Part shown: positions 1 through 13,846 of the stretch, one piece after another
Position numbering within the stretch: the stretch's first letter is position 1
Layout of the letters: each line of letters starts with the position of its first letter
DNA from: Octopus sinensis
Lineage: Eukaryota
DNA length: 64,000 nt
Reading direction: 5' to 3'
Assembly: GCF_006345805.1 (NCBI RefSeq)
Contig: NC_043011.1
Coordinates: forward strand, 50,976,464-51,040,463
Notes under the pieces: generated by a model
The model's database searches: none
Told to the model about the DNA's origin: nothing
What the model saw: only the letters and a program-made list of their open reading frames with translations
Translations under genes and position numbers: made by a program

Positions 1-562
1 GAATAATAATTTTAGTGTCAAAGGTGATATAATGGAAGTGTAAATATGAGGGCTATGTTAAATAAGGAGAAGAAACAACAGCCGCTCTCTCAAACAATAA
101 ACACAACAGTTTCTGGTAGCTAAAACCTGACACAAGTCAACACAACTACACCTTCATGACAAGTCTGTGTGCAGATGCATATTTATTTTCAGCTGTGTGT
201 GTGAATGCCTTTCTCTGGTTGCATTTTTGTTTGGATTTTTAACACCTAAAATAGGGTCAGGACTCATAAAAAGCAAACTAACTGTATGGCTTTTCTGATG
301 CTCTAACAGCCAATCCTATCGTTTCTTCACTTGACAAGTGGATGATTAATTCTCTGAACAAAACAGTTCATAATGCAAACCCCACAGCCTTGCCTTGTGT
401 GAGAAACCATTTCACACCCACATAATAAATAAAAACAAAAATGCTAGATGATAGAATATGTATATTTTTTACATTAAGTAAATAGAGAAAGCGAATAATT
501 TAATTTAATCTAGTGTTCAAATACTGTCTAGGTCAAGCTCAACATAATTTGATCTGTAAGTG

Positions 563-900
563 TAGGCATGGCAGCATGTTTAAGAAACTTGCTTTGCAAC
601 CATGTGGTTTCAGGTTCAATCCTACTGTGCAGCACCTTGGGCTAGTGCCTTCCACTATATACCTAAATCAGTTAATGCTTTGTGAGTGAATTTGGTACAC
701 AAAAACTGTGGAAGTTTGCTGTGTGTGTGTGTGTGTGTGTGTGTTTGTGTACCAGCATACTTTTTGTTTGTGTTGACCTCACCACCATTAACAGGTCCAC
801 AAAAGAAACGAATAGAAGATGTATCAGATGCAAAAAAACAAAACAAAACAAAAAGTACTTGGATTGATTTGTTCAACTAAACCATGAAGGTGGTGCCTTT
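563..900 (+). mobile_element. Degenerate copy of the dominant tRNA-derived SINE (family A)
   Basis: Head resembles the TGGCTGTGTGGTAAG...GGTTCAGTCCC consensus of younger copies; internal (TG)n; tail resembles AAGGYGGTGCCCC. Confidence 0.7.
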
Positions 901-1489
901 TTCAGTAAAGGCCTTAAAGTGTCTGTCAGTGGCAAATTATTATTCAAGAAAGCCATGAGAACACTCAGCACCACCCTTTCTCTCCCCGCCTGGAGTGCCA
1001 ATGTAATAAAAGCTGTATATTCCACAAAAAGAATATCATTAAATCAAAATTGCTACCAACGGAAATATTACTTGAACTATCACATGCCATGCCTCTCACA
1101 GAAGTTTGCAAAACCCAGCTGTTGGGTTATATGTGTGCGAGTGTAAATATCTATATATAATCTAAGTATGGTAAAATATATCAATAATATATTTTACATA
1201 GTGCAAACATTAGCTGGTATAGAACTCAATTCACTGGGTCATATACTTGTGTGTATGTGTGTGTGTTTACATGAAGGTGAGGTAGGAGCAATCAATGATT
1301 ACAAGAGCAGGTGTCTGTGTATATAAAATATATTAGGAATATTATTTTGAGGAAGTAAAAACCAAATATTTCTTTTTCTCGTGTTAATTTCTATACAAAA
1401 ACAAAATCAAGGAACAAATCAGTTCAATAAAAGCTCTTAATATATTCCAGTTATGGCCATCCTGTTATCTTTTGGATATATTAACCATT

Positions 1490-1697
1490 TAAACTTTTTG
1501 ATACCAACTCGCTCAACACTGACCATGCTTCCATGATACAAATTTCCCGTTTAAAAGCAATCTAAATTATAATCTTCCATCAAAATTCCATAGTTTAACA
1601 GTGATAGAGTTATTTTACTAAATTGTTTGTTATTTTTGAAATTAGTAGCATCAAAGACAGTGTATTTCAAGAGAAATAAGGTAACAAAAGGATTTAA
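1490..1697 (-). mobile_element. Degenerate piggyBac-type MITE, same family as 20047-20266
   Basis: Reverse-orientation homolog of 20047-20266; ends ttttgataccaac ... gtaacaaaaggatttaa. Confidence 0.55.
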
Positions 1698-2092
1698 GAG
1701 GAGAGGGTATGAGAGATCTGGTTATCCTATGCTTGTGAGTTGAAATCGAATGCAACCAACTTCTCTACTTTTCAGACAATCAAAATCAGTGAAATACATT
1801 CCTTCTCATAACACAACCTATTCAATTCACAAACACACCCACTACATACTCAAGTGCCGTGTACTGTAAATAAAGACTTCCTGTGAAATGAAATTGAAGT
1901 ATTGATAGATCTAAATGCACTCAAAACACACACACACACACATATTGAGCCACCAAGAGAATCTGTTAAGGCTAGATTGGATAATGTATTACTTAGTGTA
2001 CATACACACAGGATGGCCACAAATGAAATACCATTGATCACATGCCTGCCAACTCGATCAACACTTACCTGGGGCTAAACAATAATTTTATA

Positions 2093-3905
2093 TAGCAGGG
2101 CTGTGTGGTAAGAGGTTCGCTTCCCAACCACACTTCTGGGTTCAGTCCCATTGTATGGAACCTTGGGAAAGTGTCTTCTACTGTAGCCCCAGACAGAGCA
2201 AAGACTTTGTAGCCTTGTGAGTGGGTTTAGTAGATGGAAACTGTGTTTGTCCCCAATCACTTAACAACTAGTTAGATTATGCCCCTGCAACTTAGTGGCT
2301 TGGCAATACAGGACTTAAAAAAAAAAAATTATGTCCTAACAACATGGTTCTGGGTTCAGTTTCAATGCGTGGCATCTTGAGCAATGTTATAGCCTCCAGC
2401 TGACCAAAGTGTTGTGAGTCGATTTGGTATACAGAAGCTGAAAGAAGCCCAACGTATACATATATATAACAGGTACATGTATGCATGTATTGTGTGTCTT
2501 TCGGTCTGTGTTTGTCTCCTACCACCATTGACAACCGGTGTTGGTGTATTTACACCCCCAGAACAGTGGTTCATCAAAAAGACTGATAGAATAAGTACTA
2601 CACTTAAAAAGAAGTACTGGAGTCGATTTGACATACCAGGCTGAGTAAAAAAGTAGGCAATGTTTTGAAACATGAAATTCATCACAATATATTTCAACAT
2701 TGTGGAAATTTTATTCATCAAAATAACTACCATTACAATCAACACATATTTGCCAATGAGTTACAACTTTATTCCAGTAACATAAAAATCTGGAGTTCTG
2801 GAGCTGACGAACTCTTTGAATGCACTATCAGCATCGGTTTGATTTTTGAACTCCTCTCGCAGGAAATCATCAAGGTGCTTGAAAAAGTGGAAGTTGGTAG
2901 GAGAAAGGTCTGGGGAATAAGCTGGGTGGAGAAGAACTTTGTAGCCAAGTTCCTTCAACTTCTGGAGTGTCATTTAGTGAAACATGTGGTTGAGCATTGT
3001 CATGAAGAATGATTGGCCCTCTTCTGGGACAGAGGAGTAGCAGTTTTTTGTTCATTTTGGTAATTTCATGGCATTTCTACAGTAATGGTTTTTCTGGGTT
3101 TTTAAGAAGTTATAGTGGAGGAGTCCTGCAGTTCACCATAACCTTCTTTTTGAAGAGCTCGGGTTTAGGGAGCTTCATTTTGGTCCAACCACTGCAAAGT
3201 ACGTTTTTTGTTATTGTACAGAATCTACTTTTTATCACAAGTCACAATACAGTTGAGAAATGGATCGATCTGGTTACAGAGAAAAAGTGAAGAGCAAATT
3301 TCATATCTGCTCATTTTCTGATTTTCATTAAAATCATGTGGCACCCAGTTGTCATGCTTTTTTTGACTTTCTGATTGCATGCAAGTGGTTGCAGACAGTT
3401 TTCTGGCTAACTTGGGAGTTCTTTTGCCAGTGCTTGACTGTCATCGATGACAGGTGAGCGTCCACTATGCTTACGATTTTCAAAGCTCAGGTCTCCACTG
3501 CAAAATCGTTTAAACCATTTTCAAGCTTATCACTCACTGGCCATTTCCTCACCAAACATTTCGTTGATATCGTGAGCAGTTGCAGTTGCTTTACGTCCTT
3601 TTGTTAAAGTTGAAGAGCAAAATTGCAAGAACATCGCACTTTGACAGTTCCATTTCAGATGATTGTAACAATGGTGAAAAGAAAATATCAACGTTAATTT
3701 ATTGATGCATTTAAACAAGGCTATGTCTGTATTATCAGACAATTGGAAAAGAATGTTTAAAAAAATATCAAAACTCTGCAAAGATCCGATACAAACTCTT
3801 CATGGTTCAAAACGTTGCTTAAATTTTATTCAACCTGATATTTTTCAAAGTGGTGCCCCAGCATGACCGCAGTCTAATGACTGAAACAAGTAAAAGATAA
3901 AAGAT
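2093..3905 (+). mobile_element. Family A SINE copies (2093-2290; 2335-2635 resuming at 3841-3905 after the mariner insertion)
   Basis: SINE body ends at ...gtcgatttgacata (2635) and resumes with tttttcaaagtggtgccccagcatg...gaaacaagtaaaaga after 3840. Confidence 0.8.
2636..3838 (-). mobile_element. Decayed mariner DNA transposon (Hsmar1/cecropia-like), transposase pseudogene
   Basis: Minus-strand fragments: KGRKATATAHDINEMFG..KWFKRFCSGDLSFE (HTH region), IVTCD(K)K*IL, GPIILHDNAQPH, HPAYSPDLSPTNFHFFKHLDDFL. Imperfect ~35-bp TIRs (ccaggctgagtaaaaaagtaggcaatgttttgaa / rc tcaggttgaataaaatttaagcaacgttttgaa). TA at 2634-2635 and 3839-3840. Multiple stops and frameshifts. Confidence 0.93.
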
Positions 3906-4543
3906 GGGGCAAGAAGCTAGTCGTGGAGAGAGGAGGCGGGCGAAGAAAGCAAGGTGAACTTCCTCAAAAAGACAAGATACCAACCTTAATTTTTGCATCA
4001 CGGATAGAAAGAATAGAGAAGGGAAGGTAGAAAAGTGAAATCAATAAATTCCAGCTAGCAGTTCGTCTTCTGCAGCTAAGAAATCTCAAAACACCCGCCT
4101 CTCATTCCAAAAACCATAGCAGAGAATTACGTAATGCTTAACAACAATGTACAAAAGCGGGGAAATTGGAAGAGAGCATACAGACAGACATACGCACAAG
4201 GAAAATCGCGTTGAGTATAGACGTGAAGGACAAGAAACTCGGAGTAACAAGAGAATATGAATAATGGGAAAAAAATTTGAACTAATTCCCTCGCCTCCCG
4301 CACAAGATTAAGACACAAGTTTTTGGGTTTTTTTTAAATGGTTATTGCGGAATGTGGAATGGGAAGGAGACACGAATGTAGTTCTTCTGGACATTAATAT
4401 GAAATGGACACGACCGACTTGAATACGTTTGCCATGAGTGTGTATGTATATATGTATATATATATACACACACACACACACATTACACTAGACATGTGGG
4501 AATTGGGAAGATGACCTTATCTTTTCGTAAGATGGTTGAAGAA

Positions 4544-4582
<39 letters not shown>

Positions 4583-5051
4583 AATTCTAAAATTTTCCAA
4601 GCAATTGCTTGCTCACATCCGACTATAAGCCATGTGTATCATACATATCGCTAGACGGTAGTTACACGTACACAATTCTTAAAACTGATACTAAACACAG
4701 ACAAGACACATTTGGAGGGGCAGCATAGACTGAGGGGCTGTAATGCCCTTCATGGGAAAGAAAGGAATTCTCAACTGAGACTTTAAGGACCGTCCAAAAC
4801 TTATCACCTGACAGCAACCGCTACAATGACGAGTGTGTGCCCTGGCATGGCCTTACCTATGACAGCATACCATAATCACACAGTATGCGCCTTTAGCAGG
4901 GCATCATACTGATATATATGTATTATAGATACATGTATATTATATGCGAAACTGTTTATATTTCTGAGACACAAGGAAGATTGCTGGAGGGAGTTAAATT
5001 TTTTTAGGAAATTTGTTACTTATCATAAATCCCAAATATCGGGCCTCTAAA

Positions 5052-6088
5052 TGATATATGTTGGTACACTGTATACATGCATGCGTGTGTGTTCATCTTT
5101 TCGTTGCCTGAAGGATCGCCCGTAAGTGGAAAAAATGATGAGCAATGAAAGGGGTGAATCATCAGTTTCGAAAAACCTAATCTGAGCGTCGGTTCTTCCT
5201 TTAACCGTAACACCAACCCACGAGTGGTGGCTGCAGCGGAACAAGAAACATTAACAAGAACCTTCTGTCTTGTATGTCGGTTGAAGAGAAGGCGAGAGAA
5301 GAGGAGATTAACCAAGCAGGGAGCTATGTACGTTTTTCACTAGAATCCTAAAAACAGTAGACAAAAATCTTTCTCAAATTATACTACCGTTTCTTTTTAT
5401 CCCCTCCCCTTTTTAAAAGGAGACATGAATATCAGTTCTTGATATACTAATGCCTCTGAAAATACAATGAAAAAGAAAATCAAGATTATCACGGTTGTAT
5501 TAATAGGCCAGGTGGCTCGAATCAGGGTGGGGGGGTATAAACAATAACAAAAGGAGACCGATGGTATTCCGTTGGCTGATACGTCTGGAACTTAGTTAAT
5601 CTATAACACAGGTACAACATCGATTTTCCGGAACCGTTGGTCCCGAAGCCTTTCAGGATTATTGATTTTTTTTTTCCGAACCGGGAGTGGTCACCTTGGC
5701 CAACACCCTCTAAATTAAACAAAATATTAAATCTACTTAAATAAGTAAACGAAATACAAGTCCCTGCATATTAGTGTGAATAAGTGCGGTAAGTCGGTAC
5801 TGTGCCTTTGGAGGAGGCGTTTAAAAATCATTTTTACTCCCATCGCATGGGTGGGGGTGAGACATCAAATAAATAATGTGTGTGGGTGGTTATAATTGAT
5901 TTGGTGATTCTTAAAAGTTCTTCGCTTGTAGGCTCCATTTCAGTTGGCAGAATCGTCAGAGTCGAAAGCTTCGCAGTGTTTATACTTGTCTTGAGTTCAA
6001 ATAGCTGCAGAGGTCAACTGATATATGTTGGTACACTGTATACATGCATGCGTGTGTGTTCATCTTTTCGTTGCCTGAAGGATCGCCC
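5052..6088. repeat. Exact 70-bp direct repeat (5052-5121 and 6019-6088) flanking ~900 bp of unique sequence
   Basis: tgatatatgttggtacactgtatacatgcatgcgtgtgtgttcatcttttcgttgcctgaaggatcgccc is present twice with no difference. Confidence 0.9.
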
Positions 6089-7269
6089 ATTCATTCTTTC
6101 GGCGTGGACACAATAAAGTACTTTCATTGACTTAATCTTTTTTTTCCCCACGGAAGTAAGAGGAAGAGGCAATGGGACATTTTTTAATAAATCATAGATG
6201 AAAATAGATGTAGTTATTAAATATTTCAAACAGTAAGTACATTAAGACACTTATTTGGAGACGACGCATGTCAATTTACACTCACAACCACTTCATATTC
6301 GAGAAAAGAAAACAGTTTAGGGCTAATTGCTTTTAAAATGAAACCGTAGGGATATAGCATAAAACGGTTGAAAGAGAGAAATGTCTTTGGTGACGCAATA
6401 CAGCCAATAAAAAAATGACTGATCGATAATGTTAGATGAAGAGGGGTTTGTATTTTGTAGCGTTTTAGAAAATTTTAAACAAAGGAAATATTTAAGACTA
6501 ACAGTAATTAATCCTTATACACGTACAAGAAATATATTTCGTGGGAGCATTGTAGAAAAATCATGCAAGGTTTTAAAACTACATAGCTTTAAGGAGATTT
6601 TGAAAAACACAAGGTATGGTGTTCATAGCGATTGATTGGCGTGTGGAAGTGAAGATATATAGGAGATGAAAGCCCTTCCCCCACCTGTACAAATTTTCGT
6701 TGCAGTGTATTTGATAACCGTTTCGAAAGAAAAAAAATACGTATTAGAACAGAAACGATCAAGAGAGAGAGAGAGAGAAAGAAAAGAACAGTATCTAAGA
6801 GCGGACGAATACATATAGAAATAGCTTTGGATTAACATGAGGTAGAAACGGAAGGAGAGGAGGATGACGGACAAGAGAGAGGAGAAGGCGGAGGATTGAG
6901 TAGAAGCAAAGCGTAGCGGGAGAGGAGAAGGATGAGGTGTGAAATAGACGAGGAAAAGGGGGGAGAGAGAGAGTATGAAGAAGTAACAAAACAAAACAAA
7001 AAGATAGGGAGGGAGAGGTGGGAGAACGCGTGGCACAGGAGGATGAGGAGCGGTAAGAGGTAAAGATTAAAATATGTTTGGCTAGCTTGGTTCGGTGGAA
7101 GGTTTTGCTAACGAGCCGAGGTCATTATAGTGTGTCGCTGGTTGCCTGCCTCCGCCCACCACTACAGTACTATCTACTACTACTACGACTACTACTACCA
7201 CCACCATCACTAACAGTCAGCATATAGCAATAGCAACGAGAAGACCCTCTCTGGTTATGTTACTATGTT

Positions 7270-7308
<39 letters not shown>

Positions 7309-8749
7309 TATTTAATAGGACCTCCACCGACCTAGACTACTATCACTCCACCACCACTGCTAACCAAGGTTTTCTGACATGGCAGAACAAGCAAAGGTTT
7401 GTTTGAAAAAGAAACACACATATATATATATAAAACTCGAGGGACCACAATCAAGGAAAAAAAAATGTGTATTTTAAAAAAAAACAATCAAGTAATAAAA
7501 TATCGTTATTAAAGTAATAGAATATCAAAACCTAACTTAAATACGAAAACGGGTGTGGGGGAAATGATTTGGTCGTGTGGTATTTAGGAGTCTAAGAAAA
7601 TTGTTTCGAATTCCATTCCAAGGAAATCGGTTCCAATTACGTCGCTATTTCTTGACTACAGAAACCTCATGCCTGTGTGTGTACGTGACGCTAATTTTAT
7701 CTTTTTCTAAGCTTATTTTATCTCCCAAATTTCTTTGAACACTAAATAATAATTTTGTTAAGAACAGTAAAACCTCCCAGGGTCCATCAACGTTTCGTGA
7801 CCATCATGATTATTCGTAAAAAAAGAATATATAAAACTTAAAAGTAGATCACAGAGACGTGTCTGCAAATACCTGTTTAAATATATATATATATATATAT
7901 ATACATACATACATGCAAAATAACAAACGAATGTGTTTCTGTACAGTAAGAGGAGGTACGGGTGATTCATTAACGAAAATATCAGAGGAAATGTCGAAGT
8001 AAAGTTTACATAAGCCAAACTCATTTTTAGTAAGACAGCCGAGTGAGGGGAAATTCAACAGCAGAACTTAATAAGCCCATTAATAATACCAACGACATTT
8101 ATAGAAGAGATGCTTTATTCTCTAAAATGGTAATGTATGAAGACAATGTTTTAAAATGAACTTCGACAAATTGCAAAAAATCGAAAGCTATATATATATA
8201 TATAGTTATTGAAGTAGATAAATGAATTATCTTATTACGGATTATTCAAATGATAACCGATACCTGGGTAGCAAAAATCACAACAGAAAAAGCACGGTTG
8301 AGGTTACGACCATGGGGCCTAAAATCCTTCCTACACTAAATATATATATATATATATATGTATGTATATGTGTGTAGTGTTCAGTACAGATTAATAAAAA
8401 CGCATACACAATTACATGCATGATATATTATATAACTATTAGTAAGGAAAAGCATAAAGATTAGAAATGGGAATTGCAAGGTAAAATAATAATAATAGTG
8501 AAACTCTCTAACATATATATATATAATAAGTAATAATATACATGTGAGTATAGCTAGCCAAAGTACTTTCCACTTCTAGTGTTGGAAAGACAGAAACGAT
8601 GGTAGTAGTAGTAGTTGTAATATAGCAGTCTAGTTTGCTCGAACAATAGATGTAAGAGGGGAGGAAACAGGAGAGACAAAGATAGAAAGAGCGTGGAAAA
8701 CATTTAGTGGACGACAGCAGAGACAATGAGTACAGGCCAACAACGCTCG

Positions 8750-9060
8750 CTGTTGTTATTGTTGTTTAGCCCCGGGTCAACTCTGATAAAAAGCAGGCCG
8801 AAGATCTAAAAGTATTCCAGCCATGGCCATCCCATTTTTTACTACGTTACTTAATAAATCCTTTCTCTACCACGGTGGGGGTGCAACCGAGGGGGAGAGA
8901 AAGACTTATTTAACTAGCATCCAACGACCACGAAGGAACTCCTTGGTTGGTTAAGAGTAACGTAATGTGTCCTTCCTTCCTCACACTCAGGGTGACTAAT
9001 CTGCATCTATTTCTAGCAGGCCGAACGACCAAAGTATAAGAGTCTTTCGTCGTTGTAATT
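8750..9060. mobile_element. Old interspersed repeat family D (GATTTGGCTGCTATTTCTAGC motif; tagccccgggtca...ccagccatggccatcc segment)
   Basis: Diverged copies also at about 10020-10190, 14260-14640, 34440-34600, 35340-35620, 37680-37900, 38230-38350, 39140-39330, 42250-42420, 47980-48120, 48330-48470, 49640-49760. A (CAA)n-like end suggests a retroposon; class not established. Confidence 0.55.
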
Positions 9061-9545
9061 ACTACAAGAACGAGTGGCAGCCACATCAACGACCTTCCCC
9101 TTCAGTGTGTTATGGTGGTGTTGGTGAAAGGCGGTAACGATGAACCAAGCAACGGAAACGATGCAATTTGATAAAACGAGGGCAAGCAGTAAGAGCTTAA
9201 GTGTTCTGATTTTTAAAAAAACTGAAAAAAATATATATATTTATAGATACATGGTCACATAATGTATACACACAGACATACGATGTGCGTGTGGGATTAT
9301 GTGTGCACGTACAATTCTTAAGACTTTCACATTGCGTGTGGGTGTATATGTTTATATATATATATATATACATGCCATAACACGTTTATCAAAATACACA
9401 AGATAAATTGAAACAATAGTAGCCGAACATATGTAGATAGATATATATACACAACTGTGTATATGTTTACGTGTACTTATGTTTCTTGTATATATACACA
9501 CGTATATTAAATCCTGCGGACTGTAGTAAATTACAGAACTTATAT

Positions 9546-9580
<35 letters not shown>

Positions 9581-9865
9581 ACCTTAATTGCCACTCCTCT
9601 AAGCACCACGTCTTCGCTGGTGATCGGAGCCCTTTTTTTGACATGAAGTGTTTGTTATGTTATATAAAGTGAGTGTATATTTATTAAATATATTTGCGAC
9701 GGTTTAAAGAAAAGGAAAATCTAAACACATTATCTACCGCGTAGTTTTTTTTTTAATCTTTACACAGTAAACTTGAACATTTACAAAACAAGGAAAAAAA
9801 GAAACCTTAACCTATATATGTATGTCGTCATATTAAACACGCAGTTTTCTCCCCCCCCTCTATCC

Positions 9866-9911
<46 letters not shown>

Positions 9912-12227
9912 GCGCTTGAATGTTGTGCGTTTCTATTGTCAATCCACTAATGTATACACACATTCGTAGAACATGCTCCATACATTAACAACGCCATCCA
10001 GGGGAGCTTCTAAAATAGTCACAACACATGCTAGAAATAGCAGCGAAATCTCCTTCCACTTTACTCGGTGTTAAAAAGTGAAGAAAGGCGTTGTACAATG
10101 TACTTTTGAGTGCACTGAAGCTCGGGGGGGGGTAAAAGTATTAAAATGATGGCCATGGCCAGAACGTCTCAGGACAGCTGAAACAAAACAACGCCTTCGT
10201 GTGTTCGTGTATTGCATCCACTTCTAATTTTAAACAGCGATTCTCATCTCCTACCGTAAGACATAAAAGTATATATATATATGTGTGTGTGTGTGCTGTA
10301 TTACAGAGCAAGAAAAGCTATCACAACACCCTGCTTTATTTATACACAAGTTTGTACGCGTACGCTGTAATCTATATATAAACATACAGAAATATACATA
10401 CTTTATATATAAAGACATTCGTGACAATAAACTTGGCATCGTTACACTACGAAACCCACTCCTCATCTTTTCTAAACATACATACACCGCATGTCAATTG
10501 TATTAAAATGTTTATGTAGTACAATTTGTCGTCTCTACGAAGTTACTGAGGCCTCTGGACCAAAGTGTTAGGCGTTTTGAAAAGGGACGTGTGTGTGGTG
10601 TGTATATATATATGTCAAGAATGTAACTCGTTCAATCTACTGCTAATGTCTTATTTTCTTCTTGTTGCTATCATCTTCCTCCTGAAATATATATTTATTT
10701 ATGGTACAGTAAACTGTGTTTCATTTCTCCGATGGCTGTCTTCGTTCTTCGTAGACAGACATTCGACTGTTTCCTTAGTTTAGCTTCTTTCTTTCTTTCT
10801 TTCATTTTACCACTCTCCCCTCCTCCTCCTGTTTGTTGGTCCGTCATTTATTAACATTTAAAAGGTAACAAATACCACTAGTAATTTATGAATGCAGAAA
10901 TAATCCGTGAGCACACACACACACATGTTTTGATACACAAACTTAACACCCTACAAATGGAAGAAACACCCACAGAAAACTGAATGCCAGTTTAGCCTGA
11001 GGTCATCCTAAATCGGACAGACCTACCATCAAAGTGATCCAATCGTGGTCATCCTATCTTTACTCTGTTCACTCGTAAGAACAATGTACTCGGGATTATG
11101 TTATCCAAAAGTGTTCTAGCTTTCCAGGACAGCGGGATGTGATTTAATGGGGACTTATTTGACATTTCTAGTAATGTCGAGCCTCCACGAAGACGTCCGT
11201 CCCCCCGTTGGCTCGCTAAATAAATAAATGTAGCTGAGCTCATCGAAATGAATCATCAGTTTCGAAGGAATATAATATACACACACACATTCATGTGGAG
11301 GGAAAGATATCATACTCTTCTTTTGTCCCTGGATCACTAGATCATTGAGGCGTCTTGAGTTTCCTTTTTAGAAGAAAATTTGTGTCACTCATCACCAATC
11401 GTCCCTTACGAAATCGACAAAACTCGAGTAAGCAGTATGTGTACGTACACACACACACACAAATGTATAATAAAATACTATCGAGAAGGCTACAAGAAAA
11501 AAAAAAAACATAAGTATCATACAGTCACTTACATAATATATATATATATACCTGCGAACATATACATTACGGAAGTATATATATATATATATATTCAGCC
11601 CATTGTGTGTGTACAGAAAATGTTTATTTCGCTCAATTACCGAGTATTCAATATATATGTATGTGCAAGATAAACAAGAATCCATGACTGCTAACAAACC
11701 TCACCTACCCCTGCAATAGAGTACAAAGTGGAATCGTCCAGAACGTTGACAACGAACATCTACGTATGTCGGGCTAGTCTAATATTCTGACTTTCTACAT
11801 ACCAATCGTGTTCCACCCTATATATATATATAAAACAAGCTCTATGTAAAACGTGAAGAAAAGAGCTGTTTAATGCCATGTTTTAGACGTGGTGAAGTAA
11901 AGAGAAATAAAACCTAATTGTACAACTGAAGATTTCATTGATTTTTTGTTTTTTGTTTTCACTGAACAGACGACAAGGAATGGCGGTAGGAGGACTTAAG
12001 AGGAGAGAGGTAAAGAAAGAGAGAGGGGGAGGAGGAGAATGAGAAACACTAAGGGTGAGAGGTGGAAATCAGAGAGCGAAAAGTCCTGAAACAAAAGGAG
12101 TGAAAAAGAGAGAGAGAGAAGTGGGAGAAGTGTAGATAGAGATAGAGAGAAAGAGAGGTGTGAAAAAGTGGAACACGAAAAGAAGGGATAAAAATAGAGA
12201 GAAAAGAGAAAAACGAAATAGATTGGA

Positions 12228-12391
12228 GAGAGAGAGAAAGAAAAGAAAGAAATAAGGAGAAAGGGTGAGGAAGAGAGAGGAAAAATAGGGAGAAAGAGGA
12301 AGCTACAGAGAGAGAGAGAAAGAAAAGAAAGAAATAAGGAGAAAGGGTGAGGAAGAGAGAGGAAAAATAGGGAGAAAGAGGAAGCTACAGA
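12228..12391. repeat. Tandem duplication of a ~78-bp purine-only unit in a GA-rich tract
   Basis: gaaagaaaagaaagaaataaggagaaagggtgaggaagagagaggaaaaatagggagaaagaggaagctacagaga occurs twice head-to-tail. Confidence 0.85.
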
Positions 12392-13846
12392 GACAGAGGG
12401 GCGGGGGGGGGGTTATTGTGATTGTTGAAATGTGTAGTCGACGGCTGGTGGTGGCGGTGGAGGTGGTGTTAGGTCGAGTTCATTTTTGAATTTGAAGCCC
12501 AGTCGACTCGCTCAGACACTGCATAGGAAATAAAGCGCGCTACAAGGAGAGAAAGAGAGAGAGAGGGAGGGGAAGAATTTGTATGATGGAAGGACGGAAT
12601 GAACGAACGAATACAACACAACAGAGAGAGAGACACCATACAAATATTTTCCTCTCAGCCAGCCTATGTTTATTTTATCAACAATATATAAAATTGCACT
12701 ACTACAGACAACAAACAAACTACTTCAATTCTATTTTTCTTTTTTTGTTAATACTAAGAACGAAGAATTTCACAGGGAGAAAAGAAAAATATATAACATT
12801 TTACAAAGAAAATTTACCAGACGGACATTAATTAAGGCAGGAAAAAGATTAAAAAGATGGTAAAAAGAGAGAGAGAGAGAGACCAAAAAAAAAAAAAGCA
12901 GACGGATAAAAATAGAGATAAATTTTTCAGAAATGAATTAACGAGAACATTGGCAATCTACGATGTTCAGAGAATAGAAAAGAAGCCTTGGCTAGCTTTA
13001 GTTTTTTTTTCTTTCTTCTGTTTGTGCGTTACGTTTTAGTTTTTGGTTGTTTAGGAAGCAAGAAGACATGATCAGAAATTAAAGTTGCACAAAATCATGT
13101 TGTTTAATATATATATAAATAGTATATATATATACTGTTATATTCACGTGAACATAGAAGAAGACTATAGAGAAGGAAAAATATTTGAACCAGATAATAT
13201 TTTATGGTCGACTGGAACGAAGCCAAAATAACATGTAATGCAGAGATAGATATAAAGTTGATGTGTTTGTATGGAAACGTATGTAAATATATATAAGTGA
13301 TGTGTAGATAGATTTGTATATGTGTGTTATTATTTAAATAAATGGGTGTGATGTTTTTCAGAAATCGTACCAAATAGCACACGTATATTTATATATATAT
13401 ATACATCTATATACACGCGCAGCACACATAATATAGTATATATATATACAAATGAAAGATGTAGGTCACCCCGATTTGATGCTTCGATGGGGGGAAAAGA
13501 GGGGAAATAGGTAAACAAAATAAACAACCGGTCAAACAAAAGCAAAATCGGCACAAAAGGAATATTTACTTCTGGTCACCGTTTTGACAACAAACAAGAT
13601 CAGAAGAAGAGGATAAAATGCCCGTAGATATTGGATAGATATAAGTGTGATAGCAATTGCAATATTATGGTTGGGCATTCACGTCAATGAGAGAAGAAAA
13701 AAAAAAGGCACACGACACGGATATAATGTTGTTACATATGTACATTGAAAAACTACGAAACCTGCGGCCCCGGTCGAACATCTGACGAAAATATCCTAAC
13801 TTATGGAACATCCAATGTGTGGAGAGAAGAAATCAACGATATTTAC

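Noticed and set aside
5522-5722. Walker-A-like GTNGSGKS in a 66-aa minus ORF
   Set aside because: Isolated 8-residue match with no Walker B or supporting exons, and the frame passes through an A10 run.
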